From Porphyridium purpureum (lineage: Eukaryota): a stretch of DNA of 64,000 nucleotides. Within the stretch, counting starts at the first letter, position 1, and each line of letters opens with the position of its first letter. Location of the stretch: positions 372,001-436,000 of the forward strand of contig VRMN01000003.1 in assembly GCA_008690995.1 (NCBI GenBank), read 5' to 3'. The translations under genes were made by a program, and so were the position numbers. Positions 19,195-29,103 of this stretch are shown one piece after another. Below the pieces are notes generated by a model. The model had not been told where the DNA came from, ran no database searches, and worked only from the letters and a program-made list of their open reading frames with translations.

Positions 19195-19527
19195 TCTTCC
19201 CGTTCCTGTACGTCTACCAGTTCCTCTGTCACGCGTCCTTGCCGAGTAAACCCTTACGGTCTGTCGGGCTGGCGCCGCATGTGACACGAGTCATCTTGGA
19301 GGATGGGAAAGAGACAGAAAAACCAAAAAAAAATTAAATAAATGAAAATCCAACATAAGCGCCGACGACTTTTGCGGCAAACGGTAAGCTGACTGCAAGG
19401 AAAGTGGCGCGACTTTGGAGATCCAAGAAGTTCGCCTGCTCGTGAGCAAATCCTCAACAGCCGTCAAAGGTAATTCAGGTTCGCTTTCGCACACGGCCAG
19501 TTTTATATCCACCTTACTACCAGATTT

Positions 19528-21117
19528 CTACGGGGCTGGCTTGTCTGACGGTTCGCTGCTATGGTGGCTACCTCCTTGCAGGGCATCGAGCTCCTGTTGG
19601 AGCTTCTGTAGCCTCGTGCTTCTTCGAAGAAGCACGTGGTACCGGTTCTTAATCGAGTTGTGACTCTTGCCCATCTGCCGTGCCAACACGGTCCACTTGC
19701 GTACATTGCTTTTCCCTGCTTCCAGAATCAGTTTGTCCTGTGCCGGTGTGAATTTGCTGTGCTTCTGTTCCTCAGTGAAGCGCAGGTGGTTGTTGTATCG
19801 TAGACGCACTTGCTGGCCAGACCGAGTGTCCATGAGTGAGGCCAAGTAGTCCCAATGCCGAGGCCCGTGCTTTTCAATCAGCTGCATCAGTTGTTCGTCC
19901 TCTTCCTTCGTCCAAAACCGACGCACAGACTCACTTTCCCCCGCGTGCCGTCCACTGACATTCTCAGACGCGCTCGCTGATGCACTAGCTTCGCGCTCGA
20001 ACGACGTGGGTGCCAGTTTCCGATCAGATGATTCTTGCCGCACCGTGCGCTGTCCTGTCTCGTGCAACGGGCCCGAAACTTCCATAAAAATTGCAGGGTC
20101 TACTCTCAATCGTCCGCCACCGTGCGAAAAGCGCTTCCCAGTCTGAGAAAAGTCGGCTTGCTCGTGACCATGCTCAGTGTTAAAAGGCGAGCGCTCGGCT
20201 GACGAGCAGACCTCGGTCATTCGACGCTGCAGTCGTCCCGCGGGCGCGTTGCTTCTCTCGGCACCAGTTGAGTGCGCGTCATCAGCAACGCTCATACTGT
20301 TGACTGGATTCAGCAGCATTTCAATGGGGATTCTGCGCTCCGAATTCGACAAGGAACCTCGCCTGCTGGTTGTCCCCGCAGCAGGTTCCGAGAACGTTGG
20401 CGCCGATTCGAGCTGCATCTGCAAATTTGCCGTCGGTTGTCGGGAGAACGGTGCCAGAAAGGGCACAGGCTCGAGCTGGTGCTGCGTTTGCTGCTGCAGG
20501 GGCAGCGGCGATGAGAAGAGACTCCTGTCCGAGCCGCGCCCAAAAAGCCCCGACCCATGGCGGGGCACAGACGGTACTGAGCGCACGGAGTCGTTGGTCC
20601 CCTGCCTCTCTAGAGTACCGGGTGCCCAGCTCATACCCGAGCCGTGCCGTGAAGGTGCAGTCGTAGCGGTCAGCGCCGAGAATTGTCGCTCGGGAATCAT
20701 GTCCTTCTCGAGCACCTCATCGCCAGACCGATGATACCGCACGTACGCCGGATGCTGCGGGGGTACCTCTGCACCAGTACTTTGCGAGAGCGCGGAGCCC
20801 AAGTGAGCCAAGCCCACCTGCAGATTCACCCCCTGTCCGTACGATTGCCCGAGCCCAAGCCCTGCCGGCAGCGTCGAGTAGTGCCGCCCGTTGAAGTCAA
20901 GGTCATTCAGCTCTAGCACCTGCGCCAGTGGAGTCAACGAGCTTGACGGCGTATCCGTCCTCGCACTCCCGCTTGACCCTAGCGCGGTCTTCATCCGCCG
21001 ACTTTTCTCGGCGGCGCGCTCCGTCTCCTGCGATGTGTCGCTCATGGCTCTTTCAGGTGCACGTCGAACGATGCCTTGCTGAACCATTCGCTCGTTCATA
21101 CATTCACGCACTGCCAT
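19528..21117 (-). CDS. Two-repeat Myb transcription factor
   Basis: C-terminal FWTKEEDEQL..LIEKHGPRHW...RSGQQVRLRYNNHL and FTPAQDKLIL...KWTVLARQM..SHNSIKNRY. Start uncertain (21117 or 21045). Confidence 0.9.
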   Translation of the reverse strand: MAVRECMNERMVQQGIVRRAPERAMSDTSQETERAAEKSRRMKTALGSSGSARTDTPSSSLTPLAQVLELNDLDFNGRHYSTLPAGLGLGQSYGQGVNLQVGLAHLGSALSQSTGAEVPPQHPAYVRYHRSGDEVLEKDMIPERQFSALTATTAPSRHGSGMSWAPGTLERQGTNDSVRSVPSVPRHGSGLFGRGSDRSLFSSPLPLQQQTQHQLEPVPFLAPFSRQPTANLQMQLESAPTFSEPAAGTTSRRGSLSNSERRIPIEMLLNPVNSMSVADDAHSTGAERSNAPAGRLQRRMTEVCSSAERSPFNTEHGHEQADFSQTGKRFSHGGGRLRVDPAIFMEVSGPLHETGQRTVRQESSDRKLAPTSFEREASASASASENVSGRHAGESESVRRFWTKEEDEQLMQLIEKHGPRHWDYLASLMDTRSGQQVRLRYNNHLRFTEEQKHSKFTPAQDKLILEAGKSNVRKWTVLARQMGKSHNSIKNRYHVLLRRSTRLQKLQQELDALQGGSHHSSEPSDKPAP

Positions 21118-21640
21118 CAAAGCCCACGCGATACCTCCCCCGCTCCAGATATGCAGCGACGTTGCCTTTATCCAATATATACCCACCGGGGTCCAAGTCA
21201 CACATCCGCGTCGCAAACGGTGAACTCACGCGCGCTCCACGCGTGACTTCATACACCAGGAAGTGGCTGCCCGACCGACACGGCGCGGTTCTCGTTGTCT
21301 CACACGCACACCCACCCACGTTCGCGACCAACCCTCGCGCATACCCCAGCAGCGGCGCTAACCAAACGAGCTCTCCCTCCTTCTGCCTCACTTTCTCTCT
21401 CTCTCTCTTTTCGCTGTGCGTCCGTCCTTTCCCTTTCGCTCTCGCTGTTCCACGTGCTTGCTCCATGTGCAACCACAAGCATCTCGCTCGATGCCAACAC
21501 CTGCACTTTATTTTTGATTCATTTTTCCCATTCCTCCCGCCACACACGCTTCTTATCTTTTGCTATGCACTCAAAAGGATGGCCGATTTTTTCAGTGGTG
21601 TTGTCGCTCGTCTAAAATTAAACCAAACCAAAAAAAACAG

Positions 21641-21790
21641 AAAACGTGGCGCCGCGAGCCGCGCTTGCAAGTAAAACGTGGCGATTTTGCGCGTTGCGAA
21701 CAACACCCACCGCTAAAAATAGCACGCATTCATGCTGCGTGAGGCGCGCAGCGGACGTCAGCACCGAGCTGCGGCGCGCAGCACGTGGCG
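21641..21790. promoter_or_regulatory. Cluster of three ACGTGGCG (G-box/ABRE-like) elements upstream of the Myb gene
   Basis: AAAACGTGGCG at 21641-21651 and 21673-21683; CACGTGGCG at 21782-21790. Confidence 0.4.
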
Positions 21791-22976
21791 CACGATCTCA
21801 CGCTCGCTTGTGTCCAGCAGCCGTTGTGTTGTGCGCGTCTGCGTGTGTTTTGATACCAGGCGGTGTGGGTCAACTTGGCTCGCCTCCGCACGGCCGATGT
21901 GGCTCAACCCTTGTGCCACAAAATGAGGCTTATGCACTAGAGCGCGCTTTAGAGTCAAGTGCGCAAGGGGCGACGCGGCAGTGGTTGCCAGGCGGATGGC
22001 AGGGCGGAGCTCTGGTTGCATGGAGTAGCGCCTCCTCCGCACCACCGGCGCGCGCCTCGCGACGTCTTAGTGCGCTAGTCGCGGTGTATGGGCGTCCACT
22101 GGCGGAGGAGGAGCCTTGCCTCGTTTGAAGAGGGTTAGATGCACACAGAAATTGTGCGTGACTTCCGTGGTTTCGCATGGCCGCATAGGTGTTTGATGTG
22201 TCGGTAGACGCATCACGGGTGGGAAAGGTAACATTCGCTTCTGGTTTGCGCGGATCGTCGCCACACGAGACGCACGGAAAGGAAGCAGCGCTCGCTGGGA
22301 ACCCTGTAGGAAGCGATCTATTCGCAAAGCGGCTTTCAAGGGGATCGCCCGCGTCTCTAGACATCCTACCGGCAGTAACTTGCGTCACCTGCTCGAGCCG
22401 CTGGCACTTCCGGCCTTCCCAGTCTGTTCACCTTCACGCACCTAGCCGGCACGCGGCAGATTGAAGAAGAAGCACCACATTGCTTTGCAATACATCCTCG
22501 CCGCAGTTCCACCTATCCGAACCTCGATGCTCTGCCGCCACAGCATTCAATCGAACGACGCGCAAAATCCTCAGAATGCGCATTTCAAGCTAGGTTCATT
22601 ACCACTCGAGACCAAATCGTTGTCGGCCCACGCGCGGACACTCAAAGCTGTTGGTATCCATCCGGTGCGGTTGCCTCAAGAGCCAAAGTCCGTCTGTGTT
22701 CGCGGGGCGCCAGTGGGAGGTTTCCTCACGTCCCTTCGCGAGCACCAGACGGCAAGTCTGGCGATCCAAACTGCTGATAGTTACCTGTACGAAGCAAACT
22801 CAGCACATTAGCCATACATTTGACGCGGACGCCAAACACGACAACCTCGAATGGTATTGCTTTGGCAGGACTGCACGGTTTGCACGGCGGGATGTGACGG
22901 AAGATTTTAGCGTTGCATTTGCCGTGCCGTACTACCTTCCGCTCGTCGTGGGCACACGGTGGTTGCTCCGTGGGCG

Positions 22977-24416
22977 ATGGATGGGGGTCTTAGCTTTGGG
23001 CCTGCAAACCGAGAAAGGTCTTTGGACTTGCCCCCGGAACTTTGGCTGAGCGTGTTTCGACATTTTCCAAGTCCATGCAGCGTGGCTGCACTTGCGCGTG
23101 CGAGGAGCATCAATCGGGCGTCTCGTCATGCCGTATGGCTCTGGATGCACGAACTCGGCATCCTCCAGATAAACGCTGGCCATGCATCCCACTGCTGCGA
23201 GCACGTACTGACGCGCAAGCAGACTGATTGTGTGCTGGAATTGCTCGTGGTTAAGGGGCGCCACAAGTTTCGGACGCTCGTCGTTGCGCTGACAAACCCG
23301 CGCGGCGACCAGCGATGTGTAAAGTTATTTGACGCTGACAACAAAGTACAGGTGGCTGAACAGCTCGTCCAGCCTGGGCTCAATCACCTTCGCGCCAACT
23401 GCGATGGCACGCGACTGATGCTCTTTCCGTCATCCGCGTACGTGACGCCGTACTGGGAATCAGCCGGATACTTTGGAACATCGCTTCACGTGGTGTGCGA
23501 GAACGATGCTTCCGGGACATGCCGCTTGGAAAACGAGATGACTTTGTCTCGCCGGCACGTGTCGCTCAGCGATTACGTGGGAACATCTGTCCTGGATGTT
23601 CAGTTCAGTCCGGTGCGCCCCGACGAGCTTGCATTAGTGGTGCAAAACGTGGTGATGACATATTCTGCGCAAGGGGCGACGAGCTCGCTGGAGCAAAAGC
23701 GACTCAACGGAACCATGCACATTGGAATTTATGTCGTCCGTTTTAGTGATGAATCCTGTGGCTGGCCAGTAGAGGTGACCTCCTTTTTGTGGGATCAGGC
23801 CTTTAAACCTGTGGGCCATCTCCGGTGGGATCCCAGCGGTAATAGCTTATGGTTTCTCGACCTGGACAACAACACTCTTCGCGAAATTTCACTCATGGGG
23901 CGAGCCGAACGAGCGGATGAAGCTGGTGGCATCAATCACGCTCCCGCGCGCTCATATAGCATTGGGATACATTTGCCGCTTCTGCATGAGCCAAAATTGT
24001 GCGGAGTGAGCCCAGACGGGCTTGTGCTGCTCCAATTCAGTGCGTGGGTCGTGCTGCTCCAGCGGCATGACGAGGAGAACGAGTGCCGTCTTCTCAAACA
24101 GTGGTGTCTTTTCGAGCACCGACGACGCGATGTGCGTTTGCTGGTCATGCAGGCCGGCTTCGTGCTTGACTACCTGGCCGTCGCCGTATGCTTCTTTGAC
24201 GACGCGCGTGTTCTAGTCTACGGCCTGGCACCGACTCTGAAACTCGAAGTCTGTATTGAGGTCCCAGGCGTATACGAAGTCCAGCGCATCTGCGAAGTGG
24301 CCGTTCTTCGCCGATCAGCTATTTCACAATCACCATCGCCGCCGCGCCGTCTGTACATCCTCTGCTCTGGCAAGTACTCGTGTTGGACGCTAATACCGCG
24401 GCTGCAAGATCAGTAA
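22977..24416 (+). CDS. F-box-like protein with a probable beta-rich/propeller C-terminus
   Basis: N-terminal LDLPPELWLSVFRHF...RSINRASR resembles an F-box. VQFSP and LRWDPSGNSL resemble propeller blades. 479-aa ORF. Confidence 0.6.
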   Translation: MDGGLSFGPANRERSLDLPPELWLSVFRHFPSPCSVAALARARSINRASRHAVWLWMHELGILQINAGHASHCCEHVLTRKQTDCVLELLVVKGRHKFRTLVVALTNPRGDQRCVKLFDADNKVQVAEQLVQPGLNHLRANCDGTRLMLFPSSAYVTPYWESAGYFGTSLHVVCENDASGTCRLENEMTLSRRHVSLSDYVGTSVLDVQFSPVRPDELALVVQNVVMTYSAQGATSSLEQKRLNGTMHIGIYVVRFSDESCGWPVEVTSFLWDQAFKPVGHLRWDPSGNSLWFLDLDNNTLREISLMGRAERADEAGGINHAPARSYSIGIHLPLLHEPKLCGVSPDGLVLLQFSAWVVLLQRHDEENECRLLKQWCLFEHRRRDVRLLVMQAGFVLDYLAVAVCFFDDARVLVYGLAPTLKLEVCIEVPGVYEVQRICEVAVLRRSAISQSPSPPRRLYILCSGKYSCWTLIPRLQDQ

Positions 24417-24452
24417 ACTTGTATCTTAGAGGAAGCGGCGCTGTGTGCCATC

Positions 24453-25688
24453 ATGGCCTTTGTAGGTGGGCTTGCAGAGGATTGCAAGTGGCGCAGCCGC
24501 AATGTAAAGGTGCGCGCGCGCGGTCTGCAATCGCGGTCGGTTTGTAGCATGCAAGCATCAGACTCGACCCCGCCGCCGCGACCGCGGCAGCCACCGCGCT
24601 CGGCCAAGCAGAAGCGCAGCTACGTGCAGTCGCAGTCACGAGAGGTGCTCAAGGATGTTAATGCCGATTTCGAGTCCGGCGCCTTTGAGCAAAAGTCGGC
24701 TTCACAGCGAGGTGCTCCAGGCGCTGGCCGGGGCCCGTCGCTGAAGCAGCGTGCGCGAATGAGCGCACAAGAGCGATACGCGCTGCCGGACGTGGACGAC
24801 GACGCGGCACGGTTTCGGAGAAGCATGGGTCGGAAGGTGAGGGAAATCACAGCGCTTCCTGGCCTCGTAGGCGTGGAAACGGTGGAGGACCGGCTCCAGC
24901 TCACGGCCGAACTTGGACTGAAATTTGATTCCAAGTGCCGCGTGGTTCTTGAGGCGTTCACCGACTATGGAGCGCAAGTTGCGATTACAGTGACGAAGGA
25001 CCAGGACGACAAGCTCCGCGAGCGCTACCTTCCATTCGGAAAGTGGGTAGACGGGCATGTGTACGCTGCAGATTTGGAAGTTTTTCCTGAGCGGTTGCTG
25101 CCTGGGGACGAAACTTTCGGGTATGTGAAACGAATCCGCCGCGACGGAAGTGTGGATGTATCGCTTTTTCTAGGAACCGAGGATGAGCCAGGCGCTCCAG
25201 ACCCTGTGGAGCGTGTGCGCGAGGAGCTGCGGTGGAACAAGGGATTCATCCCGCTAACCGATGCATCCGACCCAGACCTAATTGAAAACCTCATCTTAGT
25301 TTCTTACCGCGACTGGCGCATTGCGATAGGCAGCTTGTTGCGCACAGGCGAGATTGTTTTACAGCCAGACGGTGTGCAAGCAACCGATAAGCTCGCGCCA
25401 GCCGCAGTGCTGAAGAAACGCTTCGAACTTACGCGTGACGAACTCGACATGCTCCCCACGGGCGGGTCCATTACCAGGGATGCGGATCAAGCCACGCGGC
25501 ACAGCGTCGTCGCTGAGAGGAGCCTCTTCAAGACCCGTTATAACGAGGACCTTGCCATTTTCGAAGAGCTGGAAAGCGCTCTCGAGACCCGGAGGGACGA
25601 TCGGTCACGTGCGCGCCGATCTGATGACCCACCCATGCAGCGTGTCCATCGCCGTTACACGGACTGGAATCCCGTGGCTCGATTTTGA
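24453..25688 (+). CDS. Plastid-targeted CvfB/YitL-like S1 + winged-helix RNA-binding protein
   Basis: MAFVG... transit-like N-terminus. S1 segment FTDYGAQV...GHVY...GYVKRIRRDGSVDVSL, then CvfB-type WH GFIPLTDASDPDLIENLILVSYRDWRIAIGSLLRTGEI. Confidence 0.75.
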   Translation: MAFVGGLAEDCKWRSRNVKVRARGLQSRSVCSMQASDSTPPPRPRQPPRSAKQKRSYVQSQSREVLKDVNADFESGAFEQKSASQRGAPGAGRGPSLKQRARMSAQERYALPDVDDDAARFRRSMGRKVREITALPGLVGVETVEDRLQLTAELGLKFDSKCRVVLEAFTDYGAQVAITVTKDQDDKLRERYLPFGKWVDGHVYAADLEVFPERLLPGDETFGYVKRIRRDGSVDVSLFLGTEDEPGAPDPVERVREELRWNKGFIPLTDASDPDLIENLILVSYRDWRIAIGSLLRTGEIVLQPDGVQATDKLAPAAVLKKRFELTRDELDMLPTGGSITRDADQATRHSVVAERSLFKTRYNEDLAIFEELESALETRRDDRSRARRSDDPPMQRVHRRYTDWNPVARF

Positions 25689-25911
25689 AGCGCCACGGTA
25701 GGCACTTTTCGCCAGGCGTGACCCGCAGCTGCAGGAAATGCAGGGAAAGGAAAAGCGGAAAGGAACGTGTTCTTGCGTCTCTTTGTACAAAGCTGTATTT
25801 GAGAAAAAAGAAGAAGAAATTTCAGGAGAAAACGAAAAAAAAACAAAACACACACATTCCGGTCTTCGTGCGTCATTCCCTGCCTTGGAAGTAAACAAGT
25901 GAAGATCATCG

Positions 25912-27897
25912 TCACTGGCCAAGTTTCTCTTCTGCTCCAAACTCCTGCACAATCGTCTTCTCCATCAGCAAGCCAGTGTAATGCTCGAAGAGCTGCTCAA
26001 AATACGTCTCGATGCCCTTGAGCGTGAGGAATTTCGCTGCCAAGGCTTTAGCATTCGACACCATTTCGCGCATGTGCTTGTCGTTGCGCTGCGCCCATTC
26101 GACTGCGTACACTGTATCTGTCAGAAAATAATCTGTCGGGAGGTAGTGGGCGTGCGGTCGCAGCAGCGGCTCGTAGAACTGGCCGCACGGCGTTTCCTGC
26201 TTGAGGATCGCGCTTGGCCCAAATAACTGGCGGTTGAGGCGGTCCGCCCAAAAGCAGTTGCCTTCCATGTACGTTACGTACTTGAATTGATGATGATCTC
26301 GAGGTGCCAAAGTCTTCAGCGTGAAATGATCCGAGCGGCAGTTTCCGCCGACACTCACGTCAAACAAATCGGGGAACAATCTACTCAGAAAGTGAAGGCG
26401 CGAACGACCTGCTTCTTCGCATCGCAGCTCGGCATCACGCTTCTTCTCAAAAAATGCCGACGATCGCAGCCCGCCGCGAAACACGGCCTGACTCAGTTTC
26501 GAGTCCCAGTCGATGGTATCTTGTTGGTATTCTTCCATTTGCGAGTCCCACGATTGGTACCCGACGCGCTCCCCTCCTTCCCACATCGGAAGCGGGATAT
26601 TGTCACTAAAATTGCAGCCCACTATGGTGAACACAGGAGCTGATTCCTTGTAGGTTGGCACGCGATAGTTATGCGGCTCGTTCACGGTCTGAACGCAATC
26701 GTGCAGAGCAACCAAAAACTCTGTGTCCTTCATGCGACCTTCGTCTGCCAGCCGCTTCACGATCCATACCAGCTCCTTCAAGCGGCTAATTTGGAAAGGC
26801 TTATCCGACGATGCTTGAATTTCATACGGGTCCAGAACAAAGACCTGCTTGTTGATCAGCTGGATAAGCACACTTTGCACGCCTTTTGCCGCGCCCGGTG
26901 GTGCTAGATTGTAGTTTCTCCTCTTCAAAATGTCAAACAACGTGGCGCGGCGGATGCCGGCCTGGAAGGGCTTCAAGTAAGCCTTGGCAAGCTTCGCGTA
27001 CGCTGCCTGAACGTCCTCTTTTGTAAAGGTGGATACGTCGGCTGGCACCATCAAATCTTCGCGAAGGCGAGAAAAGGGAGACAGCTTTGCCATGGCCTCT
27101 TCCACAAGGGCCATTTCCTCCTCGCTCAACGCTGACGAACGCTCACGGATCGATGGATGGTGCCGAAAGCCGACAGTCTCATTTGCGAGTGCTTCGATAG
27201 CCTCTTTGGCGGTCTTGAAGAGATGGGCTGCGCTTGTCACACCCGCGTCCGAAGCAGGTGGCGCATGACCTTCTGCAGCGCCCAAACTCTCTGGCAGTAC
27301 GGGAGAGGTGGGCAACGGGGGAACTGGCGGCGCTTCTCTCGGTATGCTGCTGTTCGAGCGCAGTGCAAGAGGTGCAGACGATCGTGCATAGTTGCCTGAG
27401 CTGCGGGTCTGGGGCCGAAACATGATCCCAATGAGTCCCACGGTGTAGAAGGCAAACACCACAAAAAGCAAGAGCCAGATGTATCCCTGCGAAGTCGATG
27501 GCAAGAGGGCTTTCAGCTTGTACAGTCTGGGCTCCATAGATGCCCTGATCCCTGCGATCCACTTAAGCAGCACACGTAGGATGAAGACAGCGCGCTCACG
27601 CAACTCTGTCCAATCCAGCACCGCGGAGCGTCCACGAGCGCGCCCACGCTTGGAGCCCCGTTGCGCAGACGAGGCGCTTCCTCGTGCAGCTCCGGCGTGC
27701 CTCGAATGCACGCCACTGTACTTGCCGCCCTTCCGCGTGCGCACATACTCCTCCTCGCTGGAGCTGGCGCCGTCTGTGTGCGCACGCTCGCTGCAGCCAG
27801 ACTCTGACGCGGTCCCACTCCAGCCCTCATCATCAGACGCTGGGCTCTCATCGATCTCGACCTGCCTCCGCGAGCCCCCCTTCTTGCTGCGTCCCAT
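25912..27897 (-). CDS. Type II membrane glycosyltransferase, GT90 (CAP10/POGLUT-like) family
   Basis: TM IWLLLFVVFAFYTVGLIGIMF; WDSKLSQAVFRGG, FKYVTYMEGNCFWADRL, FYEPLLRPHAHYLP, VEWAQRND. Confidence 0.87.
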   Translation of the reverse strand: MGRSKKGGSRRQVEIDESPASDDEGWSGTASESGCSERAHTDGASSSEEEYVRTRKGGKYSGVHSRHAGAARGSASSAQRGSKRGRARGRSAVLDWTELRERAVFILRVLLKWIAGIRASMEPRLYKLKALLPSTSQGYIWLLLFVVFAFYTVGLIGIMFRPQTRSSGNYARSSAPLALRSNSSIPREAPPVPPLPTSPVLPESLGAAEGHAPPASDAGVTSAAHLFKTAKEAIEALANETVGFRHHPSIRERSSALSEEEMALVEEAMAKLSPFSRLREDLMVPADVSTFTKEDVQAAYAKLAKAYLKPFQAGIRRATLFDILKRRNYNLAPPGAAKGVQSVLIQLINKQVFVLDPYEIQASSDKPFQISRLKELVWIVKRLADEGRMKDTEFLVALHDCVQTVNEPHNYRVPTYKESAPVFTIVGCNFSDNIPLPMWEGGERVGYQSWDSQMEEYQQDTIDWDSKLSQAVFRGGLRSSAFFEKKRDAELRCEEAGRSRLHFLSRLFPDLFDVSVGGNCRSDHFTLKTLAPRDHHQFKYVTYMEGNCFWADRLNRQLFGPSAILKQETPCGQFYEPLLRPHAHYLPTDYFLTDTVYAVEWAQRNDKHMREMVSNAKALAAKFLTLKGIETYFEQLFEHYTGLLMEKTIVQEFGAEEKLGQ

Positions 27898-28353
27898 GTC
27901 TACCACTCACCTCATGCATTCCAACACTTCCGCACCCACTCAGCCAACCACCATCCGATCCTCCTGCTCTCTGTCGCTCTCTCCCTCTCCTTCTCGCCCG
28001 ACACACACCCGGAACCCGACCGCTCTTTCCTCCTTGTCGGGCCAAAACCCACCACGATTTGTACTCAGCCATGTCCTTCTGTAATGGCACCGCTTTACTA
28101 TAGAACGCTTAGGTACTGTTCGCCATCCCACCGGAAGTACACCGATGAAATGCGGCATTGGACAGAAATGAGTCATTCCAGAGTGTACCTTATTTCGATG
28201 TGGGAACCCTCGACGTGGAGGTGTACAGCGGCACCCTGTAGCGTTCGAAGAAGAACAAACGATGGAAACTGGGGTGGGAAGGGGAAGAGAGTGGATGAGC
28301 CGGACTAGATATTTGCACGAGAGGGACGAGCTGGACGGAGCGTAGCGGTCAGT

Positions 28354-28980
28354 ATGGTGGGGTTTGTGGGTGGATATGCGCCGGTGGGAGCAGGACTCAC
28401 ACAGGTAACGGGCAGCGGCGAGGCGCGTGATGTTGTGTGCAATGTGCGCGTAAGGCAGGTGGCGCGCGCGCGCGCGCAGCGGGCGCCACGCACCGTTCTG
28501 CGCGCGTCGTTGCAGTCGTCGTCGTCCCCTTCCAGGCGCGAGCAGATGCGGGAGGCCGTGATCACAAATGACGCTGCGCGGATTGCAGAGCTGGTGGCAG
28601 ACGTGGATGTCAACCAGCACGACGCGGCGACGGGGAACTCGACCTTGCTGCACATTGCAGCAAATCGCGGCAACAACGCCGCAGTGACAGCGTTGGTTGA
28701 TGCGGGCGCGGACATCGACGCAGAGAATGATAACGGGATGACCGCATTGCTCTTCGCCGTGTGCAAGGGCCACGTGCGCACTGCTAGGGAGCTGCTCAAA
28801 GCCGGCGCCGACGTGAGGCACATTACGACGCAAAAGGCAGACGCTCTGCTGTACGCCCAGGAATACGACCAGCCGGTAATGCTCGAGTTTATACAGGCAT
28901 ACCACGAAGCGCTGGACAGGAATGGCACTGGCATTTTCCTCCGCTGGTTGGACGACAACGAACCAGTTATCGCCGAGTAG
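28354..28980 (+). CDS. Ankyrin-repeat protein, probably plastid-targeted
   Basis: TLLHIAANRGN...LVDAGADID and GMTALLFAVCKGH..RELLKAGADV; transit-like MVGFVGG N-terminus. Confidence 0.88.
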   Translation: MVGFVGGYAPVGAGLTQVTGSGEARDVVCNVRVRQVARARAQRAPRTVLRASLQSSSSPSRREQMREAVITNDAARIAELVADVDVNQHDAATGNSTLLHIAANRGNNAAVTALVDAGADIDAENDNGMTALLFAVCKGHVRTARELLKAGADVRHITTQKADALLYAQEYDQPVMLEFIQAYHEALDRNGTGIFLRWLDDNEPVIAE

Positions 28981-29103
28981 ATTTATGCCACGCTCAGCAG
29001 AACCTCCGGTCAGATCCAGATCTTTCGATCAGACCGCCGACGAGAACGCCTACTGCTAGATGAAAGTCATACTGCTGCGTACTCGCACGCGGACCAAATA
29101 CAC

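Noticed and set aside
22267..22293. CGGAAAGGAAGCAGC resembling SRP RNA helix 8
   Set aside because: The 5' CAGG half of the symmetric loop is missing, and no convincing Alu domain or helix 6 is present.
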